Numbered from the stretch's first letter, positions 47,964-59,208 are shown. The stretch: 64,000 nt of DNA from an uncultured cyanobacterium (GCA_963703315.1 OY969811.1:4160001-4224000), one strand, 5' to 3'. Notes: generated by a model not told the origin, from the letters alone. Numbers and translations: made by a program.

Positions 47964-50900
47964 CTATGTACAGTTCAGACAACCAAGATTCGATTTTGAC
48001 GATGAGTTGTTTTGTGGAGAATGCCATGCAAAGTAGAAATCGGAATAAGTCATATTTTGAGAACAGTGCCACAAAACCAAATAAGAATTTTTGTACGAAC
48101 TAAAATTCTCTTTTTTGACAGTATTTTTTATACAATTTCTTAACCTACTAACTAACTGCACAAGCAACTCATTGTTTGTGATTCTTTCTAAATATTGATG
48201 ACACTGTTCGTGTACTTTGTTATCCAGAGAATTTATTAGAAGAGATATAAGTATTTTTGTAGAGTAATAATTTGTTTGATCTACGTCTAAGATAGTGGCT
48301 GCCATATATAACTTAGTATTATCATCTTCGGCATTATCTAATACTCTCATTAGATGTGCTATAACTCTTTGATCAAAGATACCCAACCATCGCAAAACTA
48401 AATCTAATATTTGAAAGTCAGATTTTTCTTGGCATTCAGAAATTGCTAAAAGTATTTTATATACTGATCTTTCAATGTCTACGTCTATTAAATCTATAAT
48501 TTCTAAAAGAGGTTGTGGTGTATATGGAATCTCAAGACTTTTATGTAGAGTTTTTGCTGGATTTTGTGGATGTGGTAAATAGTAGTCAATTACATAAGAA
48601 TGAGTTTTAATATAATTATTATTTTTAGTAATCAAACAGAGATTGTCTTCTTCTATAGGGTAAAGTTCTTTTAAAAGCTGCTGAGCAATTAAAAAAATAT
48701 TTTCATTTTTTGTATTTTCTAAGATTGAAAATAATCCTACAATAGCATCAATATTATCAATTTCTCTACTAGTAATACTAACAATAATTGCAATGCGAAT
48801 TATTTCATCAATATCTGAATTTAAGATGTTATTATATATTTCTTTTGTTTTTAAATCATGAGGAGAAACTTTAAATAAATATTCGCAAATGTGAAAACAT
48901 TTCCAAGCTATAGCATTATCATGAACAAGTTTATTCTCATGAAAATTCAATAATTGATTTAGTTTATATTTAATTCTAATTGGATCTAACTTACCTAAAA
49001 TCTCTCTCGCTATTCTAATATTTACTTCTAATATGTTGTCAGAATTGAAAGACCATTCAATAATCTGATCTATAATTGTATTAGTGAATTCATGATCATA
49101 AAATTCACTAGTAATCTTCGCAGCTAAACAATACGCATAATAATTATAGAGATTCATACAGCCGTCATAAAAGTGAAGTAGACTTTTGATAAAATCACTT
49201 TTTATATTTATCTCATTGCGCCCCAACCAAATTAGAATTACTTCTTCCCAAGACAGAGAAAAAGCTCTGTATTTTTCATCCTGTATTGGTCTGTCTAAAT
49301 GATTTTTAGGCAAAAAGAAATCCCAATCAGAAATTGATAAAGCAGCAAAATACTCTTGAAACGTTGTATGCCAAAAAGCATACGTGTTCTTATTAAGATT
49401 TTTTGAATATTTCCCTACTTGATTTAGTAGTCCAAATTTTTTGGTTGCTTGCCAAAACAAGCTATTTTCATCTTCTAAATCACCGAGGATTTTGCTGATC
49501 TCATCTTCTGGCAATAAATATCTATAGTCTTCACTGTCGAGTGCAAATACAGCTAATTTACCTAATGCATTTTCTAATTGCTTGCTAGATTGTATTCCTT
49601 TCTGTTTATAGAATGCTTTAAGCATTAACCGATAAAGTTCTGCTCTTGTATCAGGTAAATTTTCTTCTCCATTTTTCCACAAATAACATAGTAAAGCTAA
49701 GCGTAAAGGGTTTGCGACCATATCCCGAAGTCTTGACTTGCTTTCATCTCTTAATACTTCCTTTAGACTACCAGCAAGATTCTCTCCATCTCCCCAAGAA
49801 AACCGATCAATAAAATCCTCTACCTGATCTGGATAAGTAAATGGAATAATTCGATATACATCAAATGCACCTTGCCATTGAGTATCCCAAGTATTAATAC
49901 GACAAGTTAAAATAACCTGAACATTATCAAAAAGAGTTTTTTTTAACTGTTCGCGTAGATTACCTAAAATATTTTGTTCATTTGACTCATCCGCGCCATC
50001 AAGTAACAAAACAACTCGACCACTATTTAATAAATCATTCAAAGATTGTAGATACTGATCTGCAATCTTTAGACTAGAAGATTTTCTTGTTACTTCTTTC
50101 AGGTATTCATCTTCTAGATAAGCTTCGATATTTTGGGTAACTTGCTTCAATGAAATCCATATTGGCACTAGATCCTTATTCAGAGATTCAAGGTAAATAC
50201 CAATACGCTGAAGCAACGTAGTCTTTCCTGCTCCTGCTTCACCAGTAATTGCAATCCTTAAACCTTGGCTGTTTTTTGTCTTGCGATCGCGAATAATCTC
50301 ATCCAAAAACTTATCCGTAGTTGGAAACCTTTCACCTTCCTCATTTTCAGTGGGTTGATAAAAGCTTGATCCTTGCTCAGAACTCAGAATGTCATCACGT
50401 TTTTTTGATATTTGCTTGCGTTCTACTATTTCTAGAGAGACAACATTACTCTGATCGGCAGTCAGTCCAATTTCTGCCATCAAAGGATTTTCGTTAGTCG
50501 TTAAGTATTTATAACTTCTTTTAGAGGCTTCTTTACACAGTTCATCTATATTAAGTTTGACATAATCTGAAGCTAATTGAATCCCATCAGAACTCAGTAA
50601 TCGTTTCCAATGTTGTAAATTTCGACATCCACGAATTGTTATAAGTTGTAGACCCTCCGCACAAAGGATTTTCCAAACACTAGCTGACTGATTACGATCA
50701 TGTAAAAGTTGAGATAGCAGATATTGAACTTTATTCCCATCCTGTAATCCTTCATCTAGATCTCGGACAATAATTACCATCCTTCTAAAAAATTCTAGAT
50801 CAGATTCAGGTAAATTTGCTTCAAGAAACTTACTTTGAACTTCTTTTGTTATCGTCTTTAGATCGTCATTACGTCCTTGCCCCAGACGCTTAAAATCATG

Positions 50901-51242
50901 GCGTAAGTCTTCTCGAATAGTTTTGCTAGCAGTCGAGTCAGTTAGGATTACTCCATAAAGTTCGGGATCAGCCTTAAGTCCTTTTCCTAGCTTTATCAAA
51001 GGTTCCCAGAGCTTATCTTTTTGCAATCCATGTTTAGCTTGGAGTTCGATCTTAATACCACTACGCAGAGTGATACATAAGTCATCGCCAGCCCCACCAG
51101 TTTCGCTAGCTACAGAAATTGGCACGTCAGGGTCGTTATCTTCAATCCAGCGCAAACTTTCTTCAGCCAAAATGTGAGCAGCGACATAGGCTGTTGCTCT
51201 AGCTTGATATTCATATCCGCCGCCACCACCACTACCACTCAT
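47964..51242 (-). CDS. NACHT (STAND) NTPase with an N-terminal PD-(D/E)xK-like nuclease domain and C-terminal helical repeats
   Basis: Walker A GEAGAGKTT, Walker B LLLDGADE, NPLRL, FWHTTFQEYFAA; N-terminal GYEYQ..GDDL..IELQAKH; end NMTYSDFYFAWH. Confidence 0.85.
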   Translation of the reverse strand: MSGSGGGGGYEYQARATAYVAAHILAEESLRWIEDNDPDVPISVASETGGAGDDLCITLRSGIKIELQAKHGLQKDKLWEPLIKLGKGLKADPELYGVILTDSTASKTIREDLRHDFKRLGQGRNDDLKTITKEVQSKFLEANLPESDLEFFRRMVIIVRDLDEGLQDGNKVQYLLSQLLHDRNQSASVWKILCAEGLQLITIRGCRNLQHWKRLLSSDGIQLASDYVKLNIDELCKEASKRSYKYLTTNENPLMAEIGLTADQSNVVSLEIVERKQISKKRDDILSSEQGSSFYQPTENEEGERFPTTDKFLDEIIRDRKTKNSQGLRIAITGEAGAGKTTLLQRIGIYLESLNKDLVPIWISLKQVTQNIEAYLEDEYLKEVTRKSSSLKIADQYLQSLNDLLNSGRVVLLLDGADESNEQNILGNLREQLKKTLFDNVQVILTCRINTWDTQWQGAFDVYRIIPFTYPDQVEDFIDRFSWGDGENLAGSLKEVLRDESKSRLRDMVANPLRLALLCYLWKNGEENLPDTRAELYRLMLKAFYKQKGIQSSKQLENALGKLAVFALDSEDYRYLLPEDEISKILGDLEDENSLFWQATKKFGLLNQVGKYSKNLNKNTYAFWHTTFQEYFAALSISDWDFFLPKNHLDRPIQDEKYRAFSLSWEEVILIWLGRNEINIKSDFIKSLLHFYDGCMNLYNYYAYCLAAKITSEFYDHEFTNTIIDQIIEWSFNSDNILEVNIRIAREILGKLDPIRIKYKLNQLLNFHENKLVHDNAIAWKCFHICEYLFKVSPHDLKTKEIYNNILNSDIDEIIRIAIIVSITSREIDNIDAIVGLFSILENTKNENIFLIAQQLLKELYPIEEDNLCLITKNNNYIKTHSYVIDYYLPHPQNPAKTLHKSLEIPYTPQPLLEIIDLIDVDIERSVYKILLAISECQEKSDFQILDLVLRWLGIFDQRVIAHLMRVLDNAEDDNTKLYMAATILDVDQTNYYSTKILISLLINSLDNKVHEQCHQYLERITNNELLVQLVSRLRNCIKNTVKKENFSSYKNSYLVLWHCSQNMTYSDFYFAWHSPQNNSSSKSNLGCLNCT

Positions 51243-51483
51243 TCGATTAATTAACTTGACTTAACTGTGACAATTAACTGTAATCCTAACCCATTCAACC
51301 ATTGATTTAACTCATACACCGCTTGACTTTTATCACTTGCGTCAAAATCTTTCATCCATTGCCGATCGCCTTCACCACCCAATGCGATCGCCTATCCCTC
51401 AACCTCCTACGATAACTTGGTCGCGATCGCACGCAAATCGGCAAAATCTTCCGTTTTTTCGATTGGGATCGCTCACCAAATTT

Positions 51484-52122
51484 TTAAGTGCCAGATAGCG
51501 ATCGCAAATCAGCATCCATAAAACTGCGATCGCCTAAAACCTTGAGCATTGGACCCAATGCACCAAACTGAACTACGCTCAGCGAGGCGGCTGGTACATC
51601 AATGCGATCGCGATATCTGCCCATATCAATTCCCAATAAACCACAGAGAATGACGCGAATTGTTGCCTTGTGGGAAACGACTAATACATTACCCGATGGA
51701 TACATTTCTTGGATTTCAGCAACTACGAAGGAAGCACGACTCGCAAGTTGTACCGCCGTTTCGCCGCCTGTGGGTGGATTCCAAGCAGGTTCCGTTAACC
51801 AACGTAGATAATCATCCGTATAATTCTCTTTGACAAAATCATTAGTCAATCCTTCCCATTTGCCATAGCGCAATTCTCGCAAACCATCGCGAAATTGCAT
51901 TTCCATACCGATCGCCTTACATAAAGGAGTAGCAGTAGCGATTGTGCGTTTCATTGGACTCACAAACACAGCATCCCATGCGATCGCTTTATGGGCATTG
52001 GCAAAAGCTGCTGCCATTCTTTCGCCATTCTCAGTTAACTCAGGATCAAGATCGCCACAATAGCCACCAGTGCGACTATAGGCGGTTTCACCATGACGGA
52101 GTAGATATAGTTTTAAGCTCAT
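51484..52122 (-). CDS. Histidine phosphatase (phosphoglycerate mutase) family protein
   Basis: LLRHGET, SPMKR, ELRYGKWEG and VSH motifs. Confidence 0.93.
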   Translation of the reverse strand: MSLKLYLLRHGETAYSRTGGYCGDLDPELTENGERMAAAFANAHKAIAWDAVFVSPMKRTIATATPLCKAIGMEMQFRDGLRELRYGKWEGLTNDFVKENYTDDYLRWLTEPAWNPPTGGETAVQLASRASFVVAEIQEMYPSGNVLVVSHKATIRVILCGLLGIDMGRYRDRIDVPAASLSVVQFGALGPMLKVLGDRSFMDADLRSLSGT

Positions 52123-52139
52123 AATTCCTTATTGATTTG

Positions 52140-52177
52140 CTCCCCTCTCCCACTGGGAGAGGGGCTGGGGGTGAGGG
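52140..52177. repeat. CCCCTCTCCC..GGGAGAGGGG..GGGGTGAGGG small dispersed repeat
   Basis: Read directly; matches a widespread bacterial intergenic repeat pattern. Confidence 0.7.
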
Positions 52178-52178
52178 T

Positions 52179-54626
52179 TTAATGTGGATAACGCCAGTTC
52201 ACAATTTCGGGCTTATCGATGCCATGCTCGTAGGCATATTGACGACATTCGATTTGCTGATTGCGTAGGTCTTCCTTCGCATGAGCGCCGATATTTTGGA
52301 GCTTCGGCACACGGTCAATCACATCGATCGCCAGACTAAAACGATCAACTTGATTGTTAATCGCAAGTTCCAGAGGCGTATTGATATTGCCTTTCTCCTT
52401 GTAACCACGCACATGGAGATTCTTGTGATTGTTGCGGCGATAGGCGAGACGGTGAATCAACCAAGGATAGCCGTGGAAATTGAAAATGATCGGTTTATCA
52501 GTGGTGAAGAGCGAATCAAAATCGCGATCGCTTAAACCATGAGGATGCTCGGTATCAGGCTGTAACTTGAACAGATCCACGACATTGATAAAGCGAATCT
52601 TCAACTCTGGAAAATGCTCCCATAGCAAGATCGTAGCGGCTAAAGCTTCCTGTGTGAGAATATCACCACAGCCCACCATCACCACATCAGGCTCAGTGCC
52701 TTGATCATTACTTGCCCAATCCCAAATACCTAAGCCCTTAGTACAGTGCTTAATCGCTTCATCCATACTCAAATATTGCAAATGCGATTGCTTGTCACAG
52801 ACAATTACATTCACATAGTCAGTACTTCGCAAACAGTGATCAGAAACTGATAGCAAGGTATTCACATCTGGCGGTAAATAGATGCGGGTTACTTCGGCAC
52901 TCTTGTTGACCACCACATCCAAAAATCCGGGATCTTGGTGAGTAAAACCGTTATGGTCTTGTCGCCATACTGTTGAGGTAATCAACAGATTCAGAGAAGA
53001 GATTGGCGATCGCCAAGGAATCTCTTTACTGATTTCCAACCATTTACAATGCTGGTTAATCATTGAGTCGATTACATGGACAAAGGACTCATAAGTAGAA
53101 AAGAATCCATGTCTACCAGTCAGCAAATACCCCTCTAGCCAACCTTCTAAGGTATGTTCGCTGAGGATTTCCATGACGCGACCATCGGTAGCAAGTTCAC
53201 CACCATCAGCATCTTCGGGTAAGTATTCCGCAATCCAGAACTTCTTGCTGACTTCGTAAATAGCTTGCAATTTATTGGATGTATTTTCATCAGGACCAAA
53301 GACACGGAAGTTCTCCATGTTTTGACGCATCACATCGCGTAGAAATACACCAAGAGGCTTGGTATTCTCTGCTTCAATTGAGCCTGCCTTATCGATTTTC
53401 ACACCGTAATTACGGAAATCGGGCATTCTCAAAGCACGCCGCAGTAACCCACCATTAGCAACAGGGTTTGCACTCATACGGCGATCGCCCTTTGGTGCAA
53501 GTTCCTTCAATTCAGGAATTAATTTGCCTGAAGCATCAAACAATTCATGAGGCTTATAGCTCAGCATCCAATCGGATAGCATTTGCAGATGCTCAGGATT
53601 ATTATGCATTCCCGATAGTGGCACTTGGTGCGCTCTCCAGAACCCCTCAACCTTATGTCCATCGACTGACCCAGGTCCAGTCCAGCCCTTAGGAGTCCGC
53701 AACACAATCATGGGAAATTTGGCGCGTTTGGGAATACCAGTACTGCGGGATTCTTGCTGAATAGACTTAATTTCGTTGATGCAATGTTCGAGGGTAGCGG
53801 CGATCGCCTGATGCATCGACTCAGGATCAGAGCCTTCCACAAAATAAGGTTGATAGCCGTAGCCAATAAAGAGACTTTCTAGCTCTTCATGACTGATCCG
53901 CGAAAGCACCGTAGGATTATTAATCTTGTAGCCATTCAAATGCAGAATTGGTAATACTGCACCGTCACGAATCGGATTGATAAACTTATTAGAATGCCAA
54001 GCAGTTGCAAGCGGACCTGTTTCCGATTCACCGTCACCGACCATGACTACCGAGATCAGATCAGGATTATCAAATACAGTGCCATAGGCATGGGAAACAC
54101 TATAACCAAGTTCACCACCCTCATGGATTGACCCCGGAGTTTCAGGTGTGCAGTGGCTACCAATTCCTCCGGGGAAAGAAAACTGCTTGAAGAAATGCTT
54201 TATTCCTTCTTCGTCTTCACTGACATCATGATAAATCTCAGAATAGGTTCCTTCTAGATAAACAGGTCCTAAAACCCCTGGTGCGCCATGTCCAGGACCA
54301 GCGAGAAAGATGGTATTCAGATCGTATTTTTTAATCAGACGATTCAAATGCGTATAAACAAAACTCAGACCAGGACTTGATCCCCAATGTCCGAGCAAGC
54401 GATTTTTGATATGTTCTGGCTTGAGAGGTTCCCGCAAAAGTGGATTTTCGCGGAGATAGATCATCCCGATCGCTAGATAATTACAAGCTCTCCAATAGGC
54501 ATCGATTTTACGCAATTCATCGGCACTGAGAGGGGTTCCTGCAACGGTGGAGCGGGCAGTGCCATAGCAACTGATTGATGAGTTGAATGATTCTGGATCG
54601 GATATTTTTAGAGGAGTTGTTACCAT
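52179..54626 (-). CDS. xfp: Phosphoketolase (XFP)
   Basis: [28 protein letters not shown] and [11 protein letters not shown] motifs. Confidence 0.96.
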   Translation of the reverse strand: MVTTPLKISDPESFNSSISCYGTARSTVAGTPLSADELRKIDAYWRACNYLAIGMIYLRENPLLREPLKPEHIKNRLLGHWGSSPGLSFVYTHLNRLIKKYDLNTIFLAGPGHGAPGVLGPVYLEGTYSEIYHDVSEDEEGIKHFFKQFSFPGGIGSHCTPETPGSIHEGGELGYSVSHAYGTVFDNPDLISVVMVGDGESETGPLATAWHSNKFINPIRDGAVLPILHLNGYKINNPTVLSRISHEELESLFIGYGYQPYFVEGSDPESMHQAIAATLEHCINEIKSIQQESRSTGIPKRAKFPMIVLRTPKGWTGPGSVDGHKVEGFWRAHQVPLSGMHNNPEHLQMLSDWMLSYKPHELFDASGKLIPELKELAPKGDRRMSANPVANGGLLRRALRMPDFRNYGVKIDKAGSIEAENTKPLGVFLRDVMRQNMENFRVFGPDENTSNKLQAIYEVSKKFWIAEYLPEDADGGELATDGRVMEILSEHTLEGWLEGYLLTGRHGFFSTYESFVHVIDSMINQHCKWLEISKEIPWRSPISSLNLLITSTVWRQDHNGFTHQDPGFLDVVVNKSAEVTRIYLPPDVNTLLSVSDHCLRSTDYVNVIVCDKQSHLQYLSMDEAIKHCTKGLGIWDWASNDQGTEPDVVMVGCGDILTQEALAATILLWEHFPELKIRFINVVDLFKLQPDTEHPHGLSDRDFDSLFTTDKPIIFNFHGYPWLIHRLAYRRNNHKNLHVRGYKEKGNINTPLELAINNQVDRFSLAIDVIDRVPKLQNIGAHAKEDLRNQQIECRQYAYEHGIDKPEIVNWRYPH

Positions 54627-54772
54627 AAAATTACGATTTGTTCCTGTCGCTAATTAGTGTTTGACTTCTCGCCTCACAACTCTACATGATGTTGTAATGA
54701 TTCTTGGTGTTGTGCATATCTCTTTTATATTTGCGTGTGGTGATCGCTTATATCTAACTACAAGGTTTAGAA

Positions 54773-55022
54773 CTTAAGTACAGGACAAAAAAACAATTGA
54801 TTCGGTAGGGGCATAGCATTCTTGCAACAATTTATCCGTCTCACTAGGTTTGATATACAGGAATGCTCTGCCCTAGATTTAACGCTATCACAGGCTAACT
54901 TTTAACTGCGGAAAGGGTAGAGCATTTGCGAATTAAGATTTTAGTGGAAAGTTGAGAAATTGTGGCGCAAATGCTCTACCCCTACATCAAAATTGTTTGC
55001 CGATTTTTGTCCTGTACTTAGG
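54773..55022. mobile_element. 250-bp MITE with 19-bp TIRs and an 8-bp target-site duplication, carrying GTAG-type REP-like pairs
   Basis: TIRs CTTAAGTACAGGACAAAAA / TTTTTGTCCTGTACTTAGG (18/19 match); GTTTAGAA at 54765-54772 and 55023-55030. Confidence 0.85.
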
Positions 55023-55067
55023 GTTTAGAATTATAGCGAGTCAGAGTACCAATGAATTTAGGATTAC

Positions 55068-55472
55068 TTAGGATAGGAAAAACTGATAGCTGATGTTTCC
55101 TTCTTCACTAACATTAAAATCCGCGTTTAGTAGCTTTGCTTTATTGTCTAGATATTGCTTTGATTCTTCTAAGGAAAGCTTGGTGACGATCGCGAAATTA
55201 ATTGCTGTAATTTGTCCGTTGTTTTCTTGTAATAGTTCTAAAAAAGTAGTCTCAATTTGGCTGTAGCGTTCTTTTTCTAACTGTTCTTGTTTCTTTCTCA
55301 ACCCCCATACAATCCAAGCACCACCAGCTATTGGCGGCACACCAAGAATTATGCCCCCTAGTGCAGCACTTCTATCTTTTTCTGTAGGATTTTTTGTACT
55401 AATTGATGCAACTGTAACAGTCAAAAATATAAAACTAAACGAAAAAAGAATACCTGCGAATAGTTTCTGCAT
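55068..55472 (-). CDS. Hypothetical two-TM membrane protein with a C-terminal winged-helix-like domain
   Basis: Two hydrophobic helices, then GQITAINFAI..EESKQYLD..ADFNVSEEG; start taken at MQKLF because longer starts run into a repeat. Confidence 0.7.
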   Translation of the reverse strand: MQKLFAGILFSFSFIFLTVTVASISTKNPTEKDRSAALGGIILGVPPIAGGAWIVWGLRKKQEQLEKERYSQIETTFLELLQENNGQITAINFAIVTKLSLEESKQYLDNKAKLLNADFNVSEEGNISYQFFLS

Positions 55473-55532
55473 ATATCCAAACATCAAAGCGTGGTTTCCA
55501 TAAATATAGCAAAATAGTGTAATCATGATTTT

Positions 55533-55647
55533 TATAGCTGTCGCTAGTCTTGTTAAGACCAAACCTCAAGAAGTAAGTGGTGGCGCTTCGCGCCACCACT
55601 TACTTCTTGAGGTTTGATTTGACCTAATACAAATGGCGACAGCTATA
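55533..55647. mobile_element. 115-bp TATAGC...GCTATA MITE-like element with a central GCGC-TTC-GCGC palindrome
   Basis: TATAGCTGTCGC / GCGACAGCTATA ends; AAACCTCAAGAAGTAAGTGGTGGCGC TTC GCGCCACCACTTACTTCTTGAGGTTT. Confidence 0.75.
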
Positions 55648-55754
55648 TTTGGGGCAAAATGCATAGGGAATCAAATTTTGTTGTCAAAAAAAGTTAACAT
55701 TAACTTAACAATTCTAGAAACCGCTCTAACTCAAACCTCTTAAACTCAAACGTC

Positions 55755-56957
55755 ATGGCTCGACAACTCAAAAACATTGCACCGCATGGTGGTCAACTGA
55801 TTAATCGCATTGCCTCAGAAGCACAAAAAGAAGTTTTTTATAGCAAAGCTGACCACTTACCAGTTGTGCAACTGACTGAGCGATCGCTCTCCGATCTAGA
55901 GTTAATAGCGATCGGTGGATTTAGCCCACTGACTGGCTTTTTAGGTAAAGCTGACTATGAGTCCGTAGTTTTAAATATGCGTCTCGCCAATGGCTTGCCT
56001 TGGTCGATTCCCATTACTTTGCCTGTCACCTCTGAGATTGCCGATACCTTAAGCGTTGGTAACCTTGTCCGTCTTAATGATCCCAATGGCGTATTTATTG
56101 GCGTATTAGAACTAAGCGAAAAATACAAATACGACAAACTCAAGGAATCAATCCATGTCTATCGCACCAACGAAGAACGTCATCCTGGGGTCAAGGTGGT
56201 CTATGCCCAAGGTGATGTGTATCTGGCTGGCGATGTCTGGTTATTAGAGCGTCGTCCGCATCCACTTTTCCCTACCTATCAGATCGATCCTGTGGATTCT
56301 CGCGAGTTATTCATCGAAAAAGGTTGGCGCACCATTGTCGGTTTCCAAACCCGCAATCCGATCCACCGCGCCCATGAATATATTCAAAAATGTGCGCTAG
56401 AAATCGTCGATGGTTTATTCCTGCATCCATTGGTCGGCGCAACTAAAAGCGATGATGTACCCGCCGATGTGCGGATGCGTTGCTATGAAATCATGTTGGA
56501 GCATTACTTCCCATTAGATCGGGTAACTCTCGCAATTAATCCTGCGGCAATGCGTTACGCAGGTCCTCGCGAAGCAATTTTCCATGCCTTGATTCGCAAA
56601 AATTATGGCTGTACTCACTTCATCGTCGGGCGCGATCATGCAGGGGTGGGCGACTATTACGGAACCTATGACGCACAACATATTTTCTACGAATTTGAAG
56701 ATGGCGAATTGGGAATCACGCCTTTGATGTTTGAACACGCTTTCTATTGCAAACGCGCTCAGGGTATGGCAACTACCAAAACCAGTGCTAGCCTCCCCGA
56801 AGAGCGAGTTCATCTCTCAGGTACAAAAGTCCGCGAGATGCTCCGTCGTGGTGAATGTCCTCCTCCAGAGTTCTCCCGTCCTGAAGTAGCGGCAGAGTTA
56901 GCGAAAGTGATGCACAAAATGGCGATCGAGGAAGCTTCTACAGGTTTCGAGATCTAA
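55755..56957 (+). CDS. sat: Sulfate adenylyltransferase
   Basis: [32 protein letters not shown] and [10 protein letters not shown] motifs. Confidence 0.97.
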   Translation: MARQLKNIAPHGGQLINRIASEAQKEVFYSKADHLPVVQLTERSLSDLELIAIGGFSPLTGFLGKADYESVVLNMRLANGLPWSIPITLPVTSEIADTLSVGNLVRLNDPNGVFIGVLELSEKYKYDKLKESIHVYRTNEERHPGVKVVYAQGDVYLAGDVWLLERRPHPLFPTYQIDPVDSRELFIEKGWRTIVGFQTRNPIHRAHEYIQKCALEIVDGLFLHPLVGATKSDDVPADVRMRCYEIMLEHYFPLDRVTLAINPAAMRYAGPREAIFHALIRKNYGCTHFIVGRDHAGVGDYYGTYDAQHIFYEFEDGELGITPLMFEHAFYCKRAQGMATTKTSASLPEERVHLSGTKVREMLRRGECPPPEFSRPEVAAELAKVMHKMAIEEASTGFEI

Positions 56958-56997
56958 ATAAATGGAGGAGGCGCGGAAGCGCCTCCTCCATTTATTT
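56956..56997. terminator. Palindrome between convergent sat and csaB; probable bidirectional terminator
   Basis: AAATAAATGGAGGAGGCGC GGAA GCGCCTCCTCCATTTATTT. Confidence 0.7.
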
Positions 56998-57007
56998 GGG
57001 TTTATTG

Positions 57008-58048
57008 CTACATCAATATTTGTTGATGAATGAAAGCTTGTTGTTTGAAATGATGAATCCGATCGCTAAGTAACTGATTATAATTTTCCAGATCCTTTGT
57101 CCAAATATCTGTAAGTACTTGAGCATCATCAGGTAAGTTCTCTAGTTCCCAACCAGAAATACCTAACTCTTCCATCAGATAAGAGACTTTTGGATCATAG
57201 CTAATTGCCGAACAATGACAACCTTCCGATGCTGCCATGATCAGACCATGTAAGCGCATGGCGATCGCTAAATCCACACCGTGAAAAATTCCCTTCAGAC
57301 GACGCGGATCTTTTTGAATGATTACTTGACTATGATTAGGAACCTTCTCATTGAGAGAGTCACAAATTGCTTGGGCGATCGCTTTATCTTGAGATGGTTG
57401 AAAGGGAATTAGCAAAATCTGGGCATCGGTCTGCCTTTGCAAATTTTGTAAAGCTTCCGTAATCGTAGCAAGGCGACAAGACGTTAATTGAGGATGCGAT
57501 CGCAAAACTACGGCTACACGAGGTTTTGATAAATCACGATACATATTAATCGGAGTTGCTTCTAACGCCCATACAGGATCAGGCGCAACGACACTCTCGA
57601 CTTGCCAATCAGCTAATAACTCTGCCGAATAGCGATCGCGCACCGATACCGCATTACAACCTTGAAAAGCTCGTTTTCCAATCCATTGACTCAACTTACG
57701 CTTTAAAGGACCAACCCCCTGCGCCCATGCGATCGTTTGCAGTCCCATCCCCTGCGCTAGCCCCATCAGTCCACCGTAATAAATCGGATTTCTGGCACTA
57801 GTGGCATCTTGCATCAAGCTACCGCCCCCCCAAATAAATAAATCTGATTGTTTCAAAACATTGATCAGACTAAAGACTGAATAGCGATCGCTTGCCTCGA
57901 CTTGATGTAAATCTTCGGTAACCTTTGGTTTTGCTGATAGTACAAGCGGTTGGATATCCTTTGGTAACATTTGCAACAAGGTAGCTAGCAAAGCTTCATC
58001 ACCACCATTCCCCATTCCGTAATATCCACATAAAACCGCACGTCGCAT
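57008..58048 (-). CDS. csaB: Polysaccharide pyruvyl transferase CsaB
   Basis: GYYGMGNGGDEA, GGGSLMQDATS, SVRD, MRLHGLI and SYDPKV motifs. Confidence 0.93.
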   Translation of the reverse strand: MRRAVLCGYYGMGNGGDEALLATLLQMLPKDIQPLVLSAKPKVTEDLHQVEASDRYSVFSLINVLKQSDLFIWGGGSLMQDATSARNPIYYGGLMGLAQGMGLQTIAWAQGVGPLKRKLSQWIGKRAFQGCNAVSVRDRYSAELLADWQVESVVAPDPVWALEATPINMYRDLSKPRVAVVLRSHPQLTSCRLATITEALQNLQRQTDAQILLIPFQPSQDKAIAQAICDSLNEKVPNHSQVIIQKDPRRLKGIFHGVDLAIAMRLHGLIMAASEGCHCSAISYDPKVSYLMEELGISGWELENLPDDAQVLTDIWTKDLENYNQLLSDRIHHFKQQAFIHQQILM

Positions 58049-58109
58049 ACTTCTTAATCCAACTATTTTTCAGTATTTCTTCCGCAATCTAATTGTCGCG
58101 CATTTAGAT

Positions 58110-58160
58110 CCAAATTAAAGAGAGTTACGGCGCTTTGCGCCGTAACTCTCTTTAATTTGG
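58110..58160. repeat. Perfect 24-bp-arm palindrome with GCGC-TTT-GCGC apex
   Basis: CCAAATTAAAGAGAGTTACGGCGC TTT GCGCCGTAACTCTCTTTAATTTGG. Confidence 0.85.
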
Positions 58161-58161
58161 G

Positions 58162-58659
58162 TTAGGATAACTCGCCAAAAGTGGCACTTACTACTAGCAT
58201 CACGCCAATTAACAACCAAATGAGGGGCATTAGGTCAGTGTTAATCAAACTACTACCTAGCTGGAACAAGGCGATCGCAATGCCCGTAATACTAGCGATC
58301 GCGATCGCCAAAAACCAATGCCAACGAAAATGACTAGATCGTTTAGATCGCTTTTTTAAAATATTAGTGTATGAATTTTGAGGATAGACTTGAGTTTGAT
58401 GAGTCTTAGAATGATTGATTTTAGATAGAGAATGATTGATTGGTAGAGTTTTTTGCCCTTTTGGTAATGATCTGGTCGATATTTTCTGCTTGAATCGTGA
58501 TTTTAAGATTTTAGGGCTATATATACGGGTTTCAATTTTCTTGAGACGTAACCAAAATAGGATAAACAGGGCGATCGCGATCGCGCTTAGCACAACTGCT
58601 AACTTGACTAAGAAAAGCAGCAAGTCCATGTTTTCTTGAAGAGATAAAACAAATGCCAT
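58162..58659 (-). CDS. Hypothetical three-TM membrane protein
   Basis: N-terminal TM, basic linker, two C-terminal TMs. Confidence 0.55.
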   Translation of the reverse strand: MAFVLSLQENMDLLLFLVKLAVVLSAIAIALFILFWLRLKKIETRIYSPKILKSRFKQKISTRSLPKGQKTLPINHSLSKINHSKTHQTQVYPQNSYTNILKKRSKRSSHFRWHWFLAIAIASITGIAIALFQLGSSLINTDLMPLIWLLIGVMLVVSATFGELS

Positions 58660-58739
58660 ATATGCTGCAATTAAGCCAAATTGCGGATTTATTACAAATT
58701 ATTGTGACACCTCGCTCTAAAATCCACGAACTAGAAATC

Positions 58740-58860
58740 GTCAGCAAAAATGTCAGCAAAAATGTCAGCAAAAACATGACACCCTCAAAATAAAAGAAGT
58801 CAGCGCGAAGCGCTGACTTCTTTTTAAGCAAAGGGGGGCGCATTGCGCCCCCTTTGCTTA
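58740..58860. repeat. 12-bp tandem repeat x3 followed by two GCGC-apex palindromes
   Basis: GTCAGCAAAAAT x3 (58740-58775, last copy ends in C); palindromes at 58792-58824 and 58825-58860. Confidence 0.8.
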
Positions 58861-59208
58861 GGTTTGGCTACTGCTCAGATAGGTTAATTCCACATTTGGA
58901 GCAAGCGTAATCACATCACCATTACGCAGATCATAGGAAGAAGCGATTTTCATGTGATGGTTAATAATTACACCATTGACACTGGGTTTTCCAGATAGAT
59001 CCCCATCAATAATTCGATACAAATAACGACCACCCTCCCCAGGGACACGTAGCAACACCGCGTGTTGACGCGAAACAAATCGTGAATAAAGTTGGATATT
59101 ATTATTCACATCCCGCCCGATTGTATACTTTAAGCCATCAAGTGCGAGTTTTCTACTACCTCTCGCATCTGTGATTAATAGCGTGTGACTAACGTGTATT
59201 TCGCTCAT
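58858..59208 (-). CDS. FHA-domain protein
   Basis: TIGRD, VSRQHA, SVNG and LRNGDVI motifs. Confidence 0.9.
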   Translation of the reverse strand: MSEIHVSHTLLITDARGSRKLALDGLKYTIGRDVNNNIQLYSRFVSRQHAVLLRVPGEGGRYLYRIIDGDLSGKPSVNGVIINHHMKIASSYDLRNGDVITLAPNVELTYLSSSQT

